Shown here: positions 1-18,778 of the stretch, in pieces
Numbering within the stretch: the stretch's first letter is position 1
How the letters are laid out: each line of letters begins with the position of its first letter
Origin: Flaccisagitta enflata
Lineage: Eukaryota
Reading direction: 5' to 3'
DNA: 64,000 nt
Assembly: GCA_965153355.1 (NCBI GenBank)
Contig: OZ231126.1
Span: forward strand, 41,664,001 to 41,728,000
The notes under the pieces: model-generated
Told to the model about the DNA's origin: nothing
Databases searched by the model: none
Seen by the model: only the letters and a program-made list of their open reading frames with translations
Position numbers and translations under genes: made by a program

Positions 1-1384
1 TCAAATTTCAAGTTATTCGGTCAATATTAAGTGGGGTTTTGATGTCATTTTGTGTAATTTTCAAGCAAATTTTAGATTTTCGAAAAAAACATTTATTGAG
101 CGGGAAATTGCCGATCTTGGGATAGGATAATTTTTTTGCATAAACAAAAACATACGTTCCTTATGAATCAATTTTTGGGGGTCTGTATGTTCTTGGATTT
201 TGCAATTTTTCAATTTCTATGCAAAACGGCAATTTCCCGTGAAGACTGTCAAGTAATAAAAAGAAGACAACTTTTTTGCACTTTTTGAGTATACAACAGA
301 CGTAAAGTTAGGCCCCCATATTAGAAAAGTTATTAGAAAAGTTATTTCAGGTCTTGTTGATGATTTTCTACCTTCCCTGGAGTAACAGATTTGGTTTTAC
401 CATCATGGGTAAAAGGTGATTTCTGGGAAGATGTCCAACTTTGGCCTCAAAATAAAAAAACTTTGCCTAACCATGTATTTTGCATTGATTTTTGTTTTTT
501 TAGTGTCCTAATACATAGCTAGACCATATTCCAAGAGAGTTATGACCCATATGAAGATTTCATTATTTAGACCCTCTGAACGCCTATATCGGCTCCTTCC
601 TTTGCACCATGTCATAGGGAGTCGTGCGCCCCTGCCGACGTATTCGCGTTACTTGTTAACTTGAACTGTCATAAATGATATACGCTGTCTGTCTCGGGTG
701 AACTTTAGAGCGGGATACACGGTTGTCACGGCAACTTTTTTAGATGCGTCCTCGCATCTCTATAAGAGGATCTGTTGGTCCGCCCGTCCGTCCGTCGGTC
801 CGTCGGTCCGTAACGCCTGTGCAAAAACTGCGTTTCTCGGCTGTTTTTGGCCTCCGTGAGATCCTATACTGAATCAAATGATCGACAAACATGTTTTGAG
901 AGTCTCCTTTACTTCTCAGTCCTCTCATCTGTCAGTTCGTCCATCTGTCTCTCCATTCATGTCACATGTTCAATACACGCAGAGACACAGTCTGGATGCA
1001 TCGTTGCCCGGTCGGCTTGTTCATGGACGGATGGGCAGGAGCGGGAATCTCGAAAAAGCGATTTTTTGACGGAGAGATGGACGGACCGGCAGACCGATGG
1101 ATGGACCGATCGAAATGTGGCTTTTAGGCTAAGAATTATAACTGGATTGTTTTTCAAAGTTACGATCCCGACCATCAGAGGCCGCATGTTTGTAAATTTG
1201 ATTGTCGACCCTTATCTATGACTTACTATAAAACATGTTTGCCCGATTTACGTTACAGTTTCTCGAATTCTAAGCTGCCCGAATCCAAATTCACGTTCTT
1301 ACATTTAATAATCAATCAGACCAACGGTTCTTTTACAGAGAATTTTCGTTTAAAGCATCAATTGTCCTCACACGAAAGGAAAGA

Positions 1385-2447
<1,063 letters not shown>

Positions 2448-2470
2448 TAGTCCAGTCTGTTGATGCATGA

Positions 2471-3372
2471 TATTTTTAGCCCACGTAAACGTTAGTTTCG
2501 ACTCAGGGATAGCTTTGTCTTGTAGAAATCTCTGACTGTCTGACGATGATAGACGCAAAGGAAATTAGGCGTAGATTGGAAAATGGTGTGACCATGGTCT
2601 CTTTGATGTGGTAAAAATTTCAACAATCTGAGAGGGGAACAAAATGAAAGGGAAATTGGGCATTAAATGATGGTCAACCAATGCATGAAAACAACATGAG
2701 ATCAGGATAGACATGGACAGAAACAGCCAATAACAACATGTACATCTTATGCAGAGGCCATGAAGCCAGATCCGTACACTGCCCCCGCCCTGCCCATCCC
2801 ATTAAATTCACCCATGTCACCCCAATAATCAGTTGACCGGACAGACGATAAAATGATAAAAACAGACAATAAAACAATAAAAAGCCAGACGACAAAACAA
2901 GGATAAAATACTAAAACGCTAAAATGATAAAACCTACTTTAGGCCCAATTTCCTTGGTTTCCCACCAGCGTCGTAATCGTCATTAAGGTCAGATGTCCGT
3001 TCATATGTCTCTGAAATAAAAGAATGAGAGACTTATGAAAGTCATGAAATTCCAAGGGCGCACATCATGAAGATCAAGCAAAATATCATACGTCCCATTA
3101 AGAAGCGATGCCATAACGATATGTACGCAATTAAAAATTAAAGCATAAAAATATACGACGACGAAAAATGTAGAGAGAAAAATATGTGAGAACACGTAAT
3201 TCCAATTTCAATAAAAAAGCAAGGCGAGATGGTTCAGAACCAGCGCACCATATGGAGAAAAATGGAAATGGCTAAAAAACAAATGGCATCGAATTGGAAA
3301 GAAAGAAGAAAGACGCATTCACTCCAAAGATCATCAGCACTCGCATACTTATAAAATGCACACATTTCCACA
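2471..3372 (-). repeat. 3' LTR of the BEL/Pao element
   Basis: Direct repeat of 18779-19695 with scattered substitutions and small indels. Preceded on the minus strand by the purine tract AAAAATGGGGCAGAG. Confidence 0.92.
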
Positions 3373-3387
3373 CTCTGCCCCATTTTT
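3373..3387 (-). other. Polypurine tract (PPT)
   Basis: Minus strand AAAAATGGGGCAGAG directly abuts the TG start of the 3' LTR. Confidence 0.65.
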
Positions 3388-3950
3388 GGAATTTCATGAA
3401 TTTCAAAAATCCGACATCTAGTTTCTGGTCGTGCGAAACCCTAAATAAATTAAAACCCATACTGTCACGCTAAAAAAAATCAATGATAATTAAATTACAG
3501 CCCCCGCCCCTCTCCCCCGCCTCCGCCTCTTACATCCCCACCCCCCTACAGAAGGAGATCGACGAACAACATGGCAACGAATTTCCCCCCCCCCCCCGTC
3601 CGGAAGGGGGGGGCGGAACCACGCGAAGTGATCAATCCGACGATGATGGGCGGAGATGAGCACGGAGACGAGGAAGACGAGGCGCCCGTTCTGTTAAAAA
3701 GTTAAAAGGGGAAAGGGGGGGGGAAGGGGGGAACGGGCCTTGGAGCACCTCTAGACTGGGATTTGACATCGAGGTGGAAAAGTATAAGTGGAGGGCATTG
3801 ACTAAAATGTACAAACATATGAACCAATTCGTAAACAACATGCTAAAAAGACAATGTCAAATACAAGAAAAACATACATATTCCTAAGAACAAAAATACG
3901 CAAAAGAAGAAATTACTATCCAAACTACATTAAAACCGAATTTGAAAAGA

Positions 3951-5953
3951 AACAAGGCCAACACCTATAAGTCGCGTGCGAGACTTACTTAATTATGTAA
4001 TCGCCTAATTATAGAGGAACGATATTTCCTGTAATGACGATAATGACAATAATTACCTATTGACCTATAATGACCTATAATTACCTATACTTACCCATAA
4101 TTAAATAATGACCTATATGTACCTATGAAGAACTATGATTACCTATAATTTCATATGGACCAATGATTACCTATAATGACGTATGATTATCCATAATTAC
4201 CCATAATTACCTATAATAACATAATGACCTATAATTACCTATAATGACCTATGATTACCTATTATTACCTATAATTACCCATAATTGAATAATGACCTAT
4301 AAGTACCTATAAAGACCTATGATTACCTATCATTACATATGGACAAATAATTACCTACATTGACCTATGATCACCCATAATTACCCATAATTACCTATTA
4401 TAACATAATGACCTATAATTATGTATAATGACCTATGATTACCTATAATTACCTATAATTGCATAATGACCTATAATTACCTATAGTTAGCTATAATTAC
4501 CTATAACTGAGTAATGACTTGTAATTACCTAAAATTGTCTATTGACATATAATTACCTATAATGACCAATAATTACCTATTATTACTTATAATTACATAA
4601 TGACCTATAATTGCCTTTAATGACCTTTGACTACCGATAATTACCCATAATTGCATAAAGACCTTTAATTACCAAAAATTACCTATAATGACCTAAAATT
4701 ACCTATAATTACAAAATGACCTATAATAACCTATAATTACCTTTATTTACCTATAATTATCTATGATTACATAATAACCTATAATTGCCAATAATGACCT
4801 ATAATTGCATAATGATCAATGATCACCTATTATGACCTATAATTACCTATAATTACATAATGACCTATAATTACCTATAATTACCTATAATGGCCTATAA
4901 TTTCTTATAATTACCTATAATTACCTACGAGTACATACTGACCAATAATGACCTATAATTGCATAATACCCTATAATTGCATAATAACTTATAATTACCT
5001 ATAATTACCTATAATCACCTATAATGACCTATTATTACCTATAATTACCTACATTTACCTATAATTACCTATAATGACCTATAATTGCATAACAACCTAT
5101 AATTACCTATAATGACCTATAATTACCTATAATGACCTATGATAACCTGTAATTGCATAATTACTTATAATGACCTATAATTACCTATGATTACCCAAAA
5201 TTGCATTATGACCTATAATTACCTATAATTATGTAAATAAAAATTGACTTATATTGCCTTAAATTGACTTATACTGAGTTAAACTGACTTAAAGTGACTT
5301 GAATTTACTTAAAATGACTTAAAATGACCTAGATTGACTTAAATTGACTAAAATTCAACAATGACTCAAATGCAAAGTGACAAACGTTGAAATATGTATA
5401 TTCCCGATATTTTGACCGAATAACATCAGCCTTCTTCAGGGGAGAAGAAAAAATGCAAATGAGAATGAGAGAGAAAGAGAGAGTAAAGGAAAAGTGGCTA
5501 AAGCTTTATTTCAAGGTTTGTTTATGATCCGTCCAATACAATCACTATGCCTCAACAACAATCGTCCAACTTTCACCGTAAAATGACTCAAATGACTTAA
5601 TTTGACTTAAATTTGACATAAAATGACTTAAATTGACTTATACTGCCTTAAATTGACTTATACTGAGTTAAACTGACTTAAATTGACTTGAATTTACTTA
5701 AAATGACTCAAAATGACATAGATTGACATAAATTAACTAAAATTCAATAATCACTCAAATGACTTAATTTGACTTAAAGTGACTTAAAATGACTTAAAAT
5801 GACTTGAAATGATCTAATTTGACTCAAAATCACTTAATTGACTTAAAATGACTTGATAGGAATAAAATGAATAAAAAAAGTAAAATGGGGACTGACCGAC
5901 CAACCGACGGACGGACAAAGCGGGGTATAGAGTCGCGTGCACGCGACTAAAAA
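3951..5953 (+). mobile_element. DINE-1/HINE-like non-autonomous element carrying 10-bp satellites, nested in the retrotransposon 3' region
   Basis: 5' AACAAGGCC...AGTCGCGTGC; internal (ATAATTACCT)n at ~4050-5230 and (AAATGACTTA)n at ~5240-5855; GACC/GACG microsatellite; terminal hairpin AGTCGCGTGCACGCGACT followed by an A-run. Confidence 0.65.
5403..5442 (-). ncRNA. Minimal type I hammerhead ribozyme motif (Penelope-like), degenerate (GAAA to AAAA)
   Basis: Minus strand CCC-CTGAAGA-A-GGCTGA-TGTTAT-TCGGTC-AAAA-TATC-GGG: stem I CCC/GGG, stem II GGCTGA/TCGGTC, cleavage triplet ATC. Confidence 0.6.
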
Positions 5954-6337
5954 TTAGGTAAGATTCATGGGAAGGACCACGTCACCTGCACCATTTCCCA
6001 AAGGAAATATGCGGACCATATCAGAAGCTCCAACAGCTCGTCAATTCGTGGGCAAAAGACGAGGATGAAAGGATCGAGATGGACACCATGAAGACGGGCA
6101 GATGGCGTCGTCGTCTGTAGGATTTTTCCCCCCTTGCGGGGAGAAGAAAGAAAGAGATAGGGGGGGGGGGGGCAGATGGATAAGTACAGTCCTTATCATA
6201 TGCAGATTCAATCATAATAACAAGAAAATGAACACACCATCTCTTCCATGAAACTTACGCAGGCGTTTTCGCCAGGCCCCAGGGCGGATAAGAATCCCAC
6301 GCCCCGGGTCGCGCCCCCGACTGTGCCGGCCTGTCCA

Positions 6338-9272
6338 TCAATGGGATGAGCGTCGCGATGGAATTGACGACGACTCAGCGTAATGGTGGCGCTCTCCACG
6401 TCGCGTTACGTTGACGGTAATTAAGAGGAAGAGTAACAGTGGACGTGGCACCATGTTGATCAGCATTATTGCAGAGGCTGCTGATGATGTTGCTGCTGCT
6501 GCTGCTGGCGGCCCTTTGGATTCCAAGGACGCCTTTTTTGATTTTGGCGGCGCCTTGGGAGCGTCTTTTGCGCTATTTGCAGCCAATAAGACGGAAGGCC
6601 AACTTTCTTTTTCTGCAGAAGCTGCCGGTGTTGACGAAGATGTGGCGGTCACTGGCGCCAGAATGGCACGAGGATCTTGCTGTGTGCAGACAACGTGCTT
6701 GACAGCTGCTGCCGCCGACGCCTTCTGCGCAAATCCCGTCCCCTCCTTAGCTTTCGCTTCCGCCACTTGCTTTGCCTTCTCCAACTGCTTTCCCAGTTCT
6801 GCGACTTGCATTTCGCTCTTGACCTTTGCATCCAACATATTCATCGCTTGGCGTCTCGTCTCCGCAACTTCGTCTTGGATACGCGAGCCTTCCGCCATAT
6901 CCCAGACCTGACAAGCACATTCAACGCGCTGGGCGGCGCTGAATGATTTGTAAAATCCGGCCGGGAGAGATCTCGCAAGCCTGGCGTACTGTCTTTTTGA
7001 GGTGCTCTTTCCAGTAGCCGAACACCGGCGGAGCAGATGCTCGTCGATGCAATGTCTAGTCTCGGGGTCAAGAACCGTCGACGAAGAGTTTGGCGATTCC
7101 AACTTCTTCTGCTGATCAGCTGATGGTCCTTTGGCTGGATGTTGAGACGCTGCAGAACCACTGGCGACCACTGGAGGCTGAAGATCACCAATTGGCTTTT
7201 TCCCTTGCGCCGCTGCTGCTTCTGGCCGCTGTTTCAGCTCCTTTGCCTTCTTCGACGCATGCGTCGATGAAGTTGAAGTCGCTTCTTCGCTACCTGAAGC
7301 TGTTGCTGCCACGCTGGGATCCTCCTGCTGCTGAGGAGGCTGTTGTTGCTTCTTATTGTTGTTATTTTTGCCTTTGCCTTTGCTTTGCTTGAAGCTTTGG
7401 TTGTTGCTACTGCTGCTGCCGTTGTTGATGCCGTTGCTGCTGCTGGTGTTGTTGCTGCTGCTTTGGCTGCTGGTGTTGCTGCTGCTGCTGAAGTTGCGCC
7501 GGACCGAGTCCCGAGCTCTTCTTCTCCTGTCGACGTCGTTTTGGATTGGGAGATACGTCGCGAGGATCCGGCGGCTGCTGATTTGGGGGATGAACCAATG
7601 CCGGACGCGTTTGACAAGCTGCTGCTGCGTTGGTGGAAGTGCCGCCGGTGGGTTTGCGGCTGCAGCAGACAATGGAGTTGTCGTCAAATTCTTCCTCGAC
7701 GCTTGGACCACACGTCGAGCCTCCTTGTAATTCTCCCTTTTGGGCAGCGGCCCCGAAGGGGCCGATGACCTATGCTTTCACACAATTTTTCCTTCTTCTT
7801 CTTCTCCTTCTTCTTCTTCTCCGTCCACCCCCTTCGAATTTCATATCCTGGCCTTGGGGCCCTAATCCTAGTCTTGAGGCCCAAATCCTAGTCTTGAGGC
7901 CCAAATTCTAGCCTCAAGGCCCAAATCCTAGCGAGGCTCAAATCCCAACCTTAAGGCTCAAATCCAAACCCTGAGGCTCAAATCCCAACCTTGAGGCTCA
8001 AATCCCAGTCTAGAGGCCCATATCCTAGCCTCAAGGCTCAAATCCCAGCCTCAAGGCTCAAATACCAGCCTAAGGTCTCAAATCCCAGCCTCAAGTCTCA
8101 AATTCCAGCCTTGAGGCTCAAATCACAGCCTTAAACCTCAAATTCCAGCCTCAAGCCTCAAACTACAGCCTCGAGGCTCAAGTCACAGCCTAGAGACTCA
8201 AATCCCAGCCTTGAGTCTTATATCCTAGTCTAAGGCCTCAAATCCTAGCCTCAAGCCTCAAATCCCAGCCTTGAGGCTCAAATTACAGCCTTGAGGCTCA
8301 AATCACAGCCTCCTGGCTCAAATCACAGCTTTGAGGCTCAAATTGCCATTATTGATGCTCAAATTCAATCCTAGCGCTTCATAACTCACTAAGCATAGGT
8401 CATTGGCCCCTTCGTGGCCGCTGCCCCTCTCACCATCATAAACCCATATAAACTCACATAGGGGCAACGGGTACCGCTGACCATCTTACGCTTTTGCAAC
8501 TATTAGTTTTTTGTCTTCCTTGTCTGTGCTATAGGGTGTCGAAGCCCAACCCACACTGAGTAGCCGACAAGCGCATCTCCTTCTCTTTGTTGCAGCACAA
8601 GTTGAGTTTTGAGAAGGCTTTGAAGATCAGCGACTCAGACTCATCCGCTTGGTCGTTGCGATGGTAGAACCAGCGTGCTTGCTTCCGCTGGATCCTGACT
8701 TCTGGTGAGTCTTCGTCCACATCCGGGTCGACGGGCGTCTCCTCCTTTTCCTCTACTATCACCTCCACATCCATCCCCTCCTCCTCCACTCGCACCTCCT
8801 CCCTATCGACCTTTGAGCCGCTGTCTTTGCCCCCGCTGCGATGGTCTGCAGCTTTCAATCTTTCCTGGAGAATGGCTCTCGCCTCCGGAAGAGCCGGTCC
8901 ACCAAACCCAGGGGTGAAGATTCGGCGAGGGGGCGAAGGAATTGTGGATGACCCCGACAACGAATTGGCGATGGAAACATCGTTGATGGGCCGCTTCAAC
9001 TTCACCCTCGGATGATCCACTCCCGCGGTGGAGCTCGCCGTGACAACGACGGGAGGGAGAGAGGAAAAAGAAGAGGCGTCGGCCGGCTGTTTGGGATTCG
9101 CCGACGCATCATCCTTAGCAAGGTTGAGGTCGCCGCTGAAGGCGGCTTTCGTTCCTGCTTCCACCTCGTCCTCGAGCGACGCCGCAGAATCCGTCTCAAA
9201 GTCTTCTTCGCGATCTGGCGACGCCATCAGTCCGGCGATGTCCAAAGACCTGTCGAACGTCGACTCCTCCAT
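6338..9272 (-). pseudogene. Extra low-complexity ORF between integrase and the 3' LTR, split by an insertion at ~7739-8505
   Basis: ORFs 9272-8529 (247 aa) and 7711-6338 (457 aa) are co-oriented with pol, have similar GC-rich codon usage, and abut both ends of the inserted repeat. Confidence 0.6.
7739..8505. mobile_element. Interspersed element with GCGGCCCC/GGGGCCG hairpin end and an internal 20-bp tandem array
   Basis: Starts TTTTGGGCAGCGGCCCCGAAGGGGCCG; about 24 copies of TCAAATCCCAGCCTTGAGGC-like units at 7860-8345. Shares ends with 10325-10830 and 47630-48090. Confidence 0.7.
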
Positions 9273-9689
9273 TTCGGCCTAAAGACGCTGCTTGCACGAC
9301 ATCTTGACTCCGATGAGATCGACTTCAAGATGGTAACTGACGTGAAGATGGAATTTCGACATCAGCGGAAGCTTTGAAAAGTTGTTTTGACAAATGAACT
9401 GTGTTTGGACAGAAGCAATAGAAAATAGCATGATATCTACATATAGACAAAGCAGTGAACCAATGTTTGAAATTTTTTAGCGTGAAAATGAACATCGCAA
9501 TTTGCCAATATGAGGAAAGAGTTGAATGCATGGATGAATAGAACCAAATATGAAGTCGTACATCTCTTTATGTCAATGAAAACAAATAGAGCAACAAACA
9601 TTCACATCTATAGTTACTAATAGACAGGCCCATGCGCCTAAATCTCTCTCTCTCTCAAAACTTAGCGTTTTTATGAGGCCATCTCCAGC

Positions 9690-11945
9690 CGCACGTTCTT
9701 CGTGCAATCTCTCGTGACAATTCTTCCGTCGCCACGGCATAGTGAACCCTCCGGACATGGGGTGACGTCCCTTCCACATCGACGACTCTCCCTAGGCTCC
9801 AATCATGTCTGGGCACAGCCTCGTTGGCAATGATTACAAGATCATCAACCGCAAAGTCTCTCTCGGATTTGGTCCACTTACTTCGCGCGTGAAGGAGGCT
9901 CAAGTATTCACAACACCATTTTTTCCAAAAAGCTTCCACTCGAGATTGTGCGCGCTTCCATTGAACACATGCCGACTCCGCCCCAAAGTTGACGCCGTGC
10001 TGCAACAGATCCATAGGAGCGCCGCCGGATGTGGATGGCGATAGGATGTGATTTGGCGTTAGCGCCGAGGGATCGCTTGGATCATCACTCAGCGCGGTGA
10101 GAGGACAACGGTTGAGAATGCCTTCCACCTCGATGACGACAGTGTGGAAGGTGTCGACGTGCAGTGTGGCGCCAGTTGATATGGAGGCAAGGTGGCGCTT
10201 AAATAACGCAACCATCCTTTCCCAAACACCACCATAATGCGGCGTTTGGGCGGTGATGAAATCCCATTGGAGGCCTCGTCGTTGCAGATCAAGAGTTTAC
10301 GAGCGATTCCATTCTTCCATTTCCTTTTTGGGCAGCGGCCCCAAAGGGCCGATGTCCTGTAGGACACAGGGGTGAATTTCCATATATCTGTCCTTCCGTC
10401 CGTCCTTCCATCCCCCCCCCCCTGAAGCTTTCCAAGCCTCAAATTCTCATCGGATAACATGGGAAATTGTCAAAATGCAAACTTCCCATTGAATAACATG
10501 GAAAATTCACAAAAAAGCAAAAAAATGCATGTATCCCATTGAATAACATGGAAAATTGATGAAAACTAAGAAAATGTAAAATTCTCATTGAATAACATGG
10601 CAAATTGTCAAGAAATTGAAAAAAATGCAAAATTCCCATTGAATATCATGGAAAATTGCTACTAAGGCCTCAAATATGCCCTCTCAGGACGTATGGAAAT
10701 TCACCCCTGTGTCCTACAGGACATCGGCCCTTTGGGGCCGCTGCCCTGCTCTCACTCCCCTCTTTCAGCCAATCACTCCAAGCAGGGCATCGGGTACCGC
10801 TGACCATGTGCGATCCTTGGATGACTTGTTGAGGATGTTGTTGGCGCCAATCAGGTTAGTTCCACGATCAGACGTGAAGCGGCGGATGCCTGGGCGCCTG
10901 GCTGCAAAGCATACTATGGCGTTGATCATCGCGTTGGCGGACATGTTGTAGAGGAGTTCCACGTGGATGGCGCGGGAGACAAAGCAAGTAAAAACTGCCA
11001 CCCACACCTTGTGATCCGCTCTTCCGTTCATTTTGACGTTGAAATGTCCCATTACATCCAGCCCTGTCTCCGCGAACACAGGGGCAGGATTGACGCGATT
11101 AGATGGAAGTGGCGCCATCTGCTGATTTGCATGTTTTTTGAAATTCCTCTGGCATCCAAAGCACGAGTGAACGACGCTCTTGACGGCCTGAAGACCTTTC
11201 GTGATCCATGCAAATTGACGCAGTTGGCATAATGTATGCTTTGCGCCAGCGTGGAGGTCATTATGATGAACATGGCGAATTAATGACTTCACATCATCGT
11301 CTTTTGGTGGAAGAATGAAGGGAAACTTTGTGTCATTGGAGATGTCAGCGTTGACCAATCGACTGCCAACTTGAAGAATGCCATCGTCGTCGACGAAAGG
11401 ATTGAGCTTCCGCATCTCTTTGACTTTGTTCTTGACGATGAATTCATGACGGCTATTTGGCTTATCAACCTTTCCCGCCTCCAACTGGACCATCTCCTCT
11501 CCTTAATGTTGCCGCTGCACAGCCTTGACAAGCCGCTTCTGCGCTTCCTCCAGATGGACTTGCGTCACTTTCGGTTTTGGATGGAGATCCTTTGCCGCTC
11601 TTGTCTTCGCCTTTGGGACCATTCGCCACCGGCGGACTGCAATAAGAAGCATGGCAATGACGCAAAGTTTGTGCGTCCACTTCCCCCAAGATGCGGCTGC
11701 ATGCAATACCGCCTCGAATTCTTTTCTCTCCTCCTCGACAACTGCATAGAGCGCAGCCACGTGGACAGAGATAGGGCACGTCGCGATGTTTGTCTGCGGC
11801 CATCGATCCTCAGGGAGACGCAAAAATTCAGGCCCGTTGTGGAATTGATTCCACTTTTCCGCCTCATGAGATTCGATTCCACGGGAGCAATGATCAGCGG
11901 GGTTATTGGCGGAGTCAACCCACTGTGGGCTGGATTGTGCGCTAG
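9690..11945 (-). pseudogene. BEL/Pao RNase H C-terminus/connection region and integrase, interrupted by an insertion at ~10325-10830
   Basis: WVDSANNPADHCSRG; LNPFVDDDGILQVGSRL; HHCC (HHNDLHAG...CFGC); GLDVMG; SDRGTN; EVEGILNRCPLT...LTPNHIL; FWKKWCCEYL. Confidence 0.9.
10325..10830. mobile_element. Same hairpin-ended family, inserted in the integrase
   Basis: GGGCAGCGGCCCCAAAGGGCCGATGTCCTGTAGGACACAGGGGTGAATTTCCATA is repeated in inverted orientation at ~10692-10747; it interrupts the integrase frame. Confidence 0.75.
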
Positions 11946-12499
11946 ATGGCTCATTGGGGATTAACATTACATCTTTTCCATTACATTGTTCCTTATGAAA
12001 TATACAGAGTGAAAAACATTTTTCTGCATATTTTCAGATCTTATGAAACCATTTATATCCAATATTAACTTGTTTCTATTGGATTAAGAGCTTTATGAGC
12101 TTAGAGTACAAAAGAAGAGAAATTTGAGAAAATAAAGTGAAAAATACTGCTAAATTCTCTTACATTTAGTATTTAGATTGTCTAATGTTTTGACCAAATC
12201 AATTAAATTTTTGTCTTTGTTCAATAAGATTCTTTAATAAGGTGCTCAAAAAATCTTTTTTTTTTTGGCTCATTCAGCTCATTTTGCTTATTTTTCCTCC
12301 AATCAAGAATTAATTTTTCCTTTTATACACAATATTACTTGTCCATTTTAGGCCAAGAAAATCGCAATTTGGACGTCGAAGGCCCGCTTGAGCCATAGCA
12401 TTCTGGATTCAGGACCCCTTGAACTACATTTTGGCATATGTGGCTCATTGTGCGTCCTTGTGCGATTTTTTATATTTATAGGGTTATAAAAGCATGCAA

Positions 12500-13600
12500 A
12501 TTCGTAGAGTTTGGCTTGCATGGAGACCAATTGTCGCAGAGTTTTCGCCCTCATTGTCTTAAATTCGTTGTCGCAGATGAAGACAAAGGCGTCTTCAGCC
12601 GGAAGCCACAAGACTCCCAACACTTTCGTCAGCTTGTCATCGTGATCTTGCTTATCTGCAATTGGGATGGCGACGTTAGGATCGCCTTCCATGAGCTGAT
12701 GCGCATTACTCTTCCATTTTACGAGCTGGAAGCCGCCTTCTCCCATTGCTGACTTCACTCCTGTTTTTAACTCCAACGCCTCGTCGACCATATCGCCGCC
12801 TCCACTTCCGTCATCAACGTAAAAGCCATAGCAAATAAAATCGTAGATGTTGGAAGGATAATATGGCTTGATCACTTTGGCGTGGTGTCTAACGGTGAAA
12901 CCAGTCACGCATGAGCTTGAGAGACTTCCAAACACGTGAGAGAGAAATAGATTCAATGTTGCAAGGCGGAGGCTTGTATCCTTGAACCATAGGAATCTGA
13001 ATAGATCGGCGTCATCAGGGTGGACTCTTACTTGATGGACAAAAGCCTTTATATCACACATAAAGGCAATTTTCCATTGTAGAAAGCGCATGAGGATGTC
13101 CATCAAACTGTTCATCAGATTTGGTCTACCTACCAACAGGTTGTTCAAGCAGATACCGTTGGTGGCGGCGCGCGCATTGTGACAAACCCTGGTCTTTCCC
13201 CTCAACTCCACTATGTGGAGCGGGAGATACCAGCGCGGTTTGATGATGTCCTCGTCGTTGTCAATGCTGTCAATCTCAACCACCACGCCCATTTTGTAGA
13301 ATTTTAACTTCGCGGAAGACGCGCTCTTTGAAGGCTGGATTGCGATTGAAGCGGAAGCGTTGGTTGACGAGCCTCTTTATGGCTGTAGGCCGAGACTTCA
13401 CTTTGCGCAGAATCTCCATAATTTTTTCGAAGTCGAATTTCCATGTCACAGGCGCATAATACTTTTTTGTCACTTTGCAGAAACGGATCTTCTTTTTCAA
13501 TGTTTCACAGGCCGTATATTTTCAAGCAAATCGCCCATTTCTTCAGAGGATACGATTGATCCAAAATCATGGTAGAAAATTCGGTCAATTTTTTCCTGTA
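12500..13600 (-). pseudogene. BEL/Pao reverse transcriptase (frameshifted; most of RNase H lost or replaced at ~11960-12500)
   Basis: WYLPLH, CLNNLLVGRPNL, CDIKAFVHQV, FRFLW, FYVDDG, LVKWKSN and KVLGVLW motifs. Confidence 0.9.
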
Positions 13601-13626
13601 AGTCATTGTTATCAACCGAAATAGCA

Positions 13627-14189
13627 TTAATTGGCGCAACGTCTAAACCTTTTTTCCCCAGTTTTTCCGCTAAATGTCCAACCAAAACTGCATCTGAAGC
13701 ATGTTAAAGATCCTGGAGGACCTCGACGACGCTCTTGAGCGATAGCGGCGTCCGAATGAGCGGCGCCAACGATCATTTTGACGCCTCCCTTTGCCTCTGG
13801 GAATCTTATGCCTCTGACGTGTGGCTGATCGGAGAGATCGCGGAGAAATGGAGGAATGTCTTTTTCACTCGTTAATAGATCTCCAACCAATGGGTCGTTG
13901 AAATCAATGATGTATTTGGAGTCAGTGGAGCAAAGAGTGAATGACGCTAAAAGGCGGTTTTCAGTCACACAATTGTCTACTGTCACTACCTTCATTTGGA
14001 CCATATTTGTCAAAATGCGCAAATCGTTGATGATATCGTGGCTGATGACATCTCTGTCCGCACTACCATCTATCATCGCAAAGATTGTTTTCTCTTCACC
14101 AGACGCACAATTTACAATCACAACAGGGACGATGGGATGGACGATGTTTCGAAAGATGACACGGGTCGCGACGCGGCCGTCGCCGCCAG

Positions 14190-14193
<4 letters not shown>
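13627..14193 (-). pseudogene. BEL/Pao aspartic protease
   Basis: AMIDGSAD active-site motif, MIVGA, and the downstream FGWT motif typical of Pao proteases. Confidence 0.8.
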
Positions 14194-18715
<4,522 letters not shown>

Positions 18716-18778
18716 AATATGCCCCGGGATGTTGAAAGAAAAGTCCGAGAGAAGAGTCGAGTTTTAAAATTGTTGAAA

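Noticed and set aside
2448-2449. TA as the MITE target-site duplication (Tc1-like)
   Set aside because: CAA is duplicated outside the TA on both sides, and only the CAA interpretation restores the reading frame.
4050-8345. 10-bp and 20-bp tandem arrays as CRISPR-like arrays
   Set aside because: Head-to-tail degenerate units without unique spacers, in a eukaryotic context with no cas genes.
11960-12500. AT-rich segment in pol as a defined piggyBac-like MITE
   Set aside because: It is clearly foreign to pol, but I could not define matching TIRs or a clean TTAA duplication.
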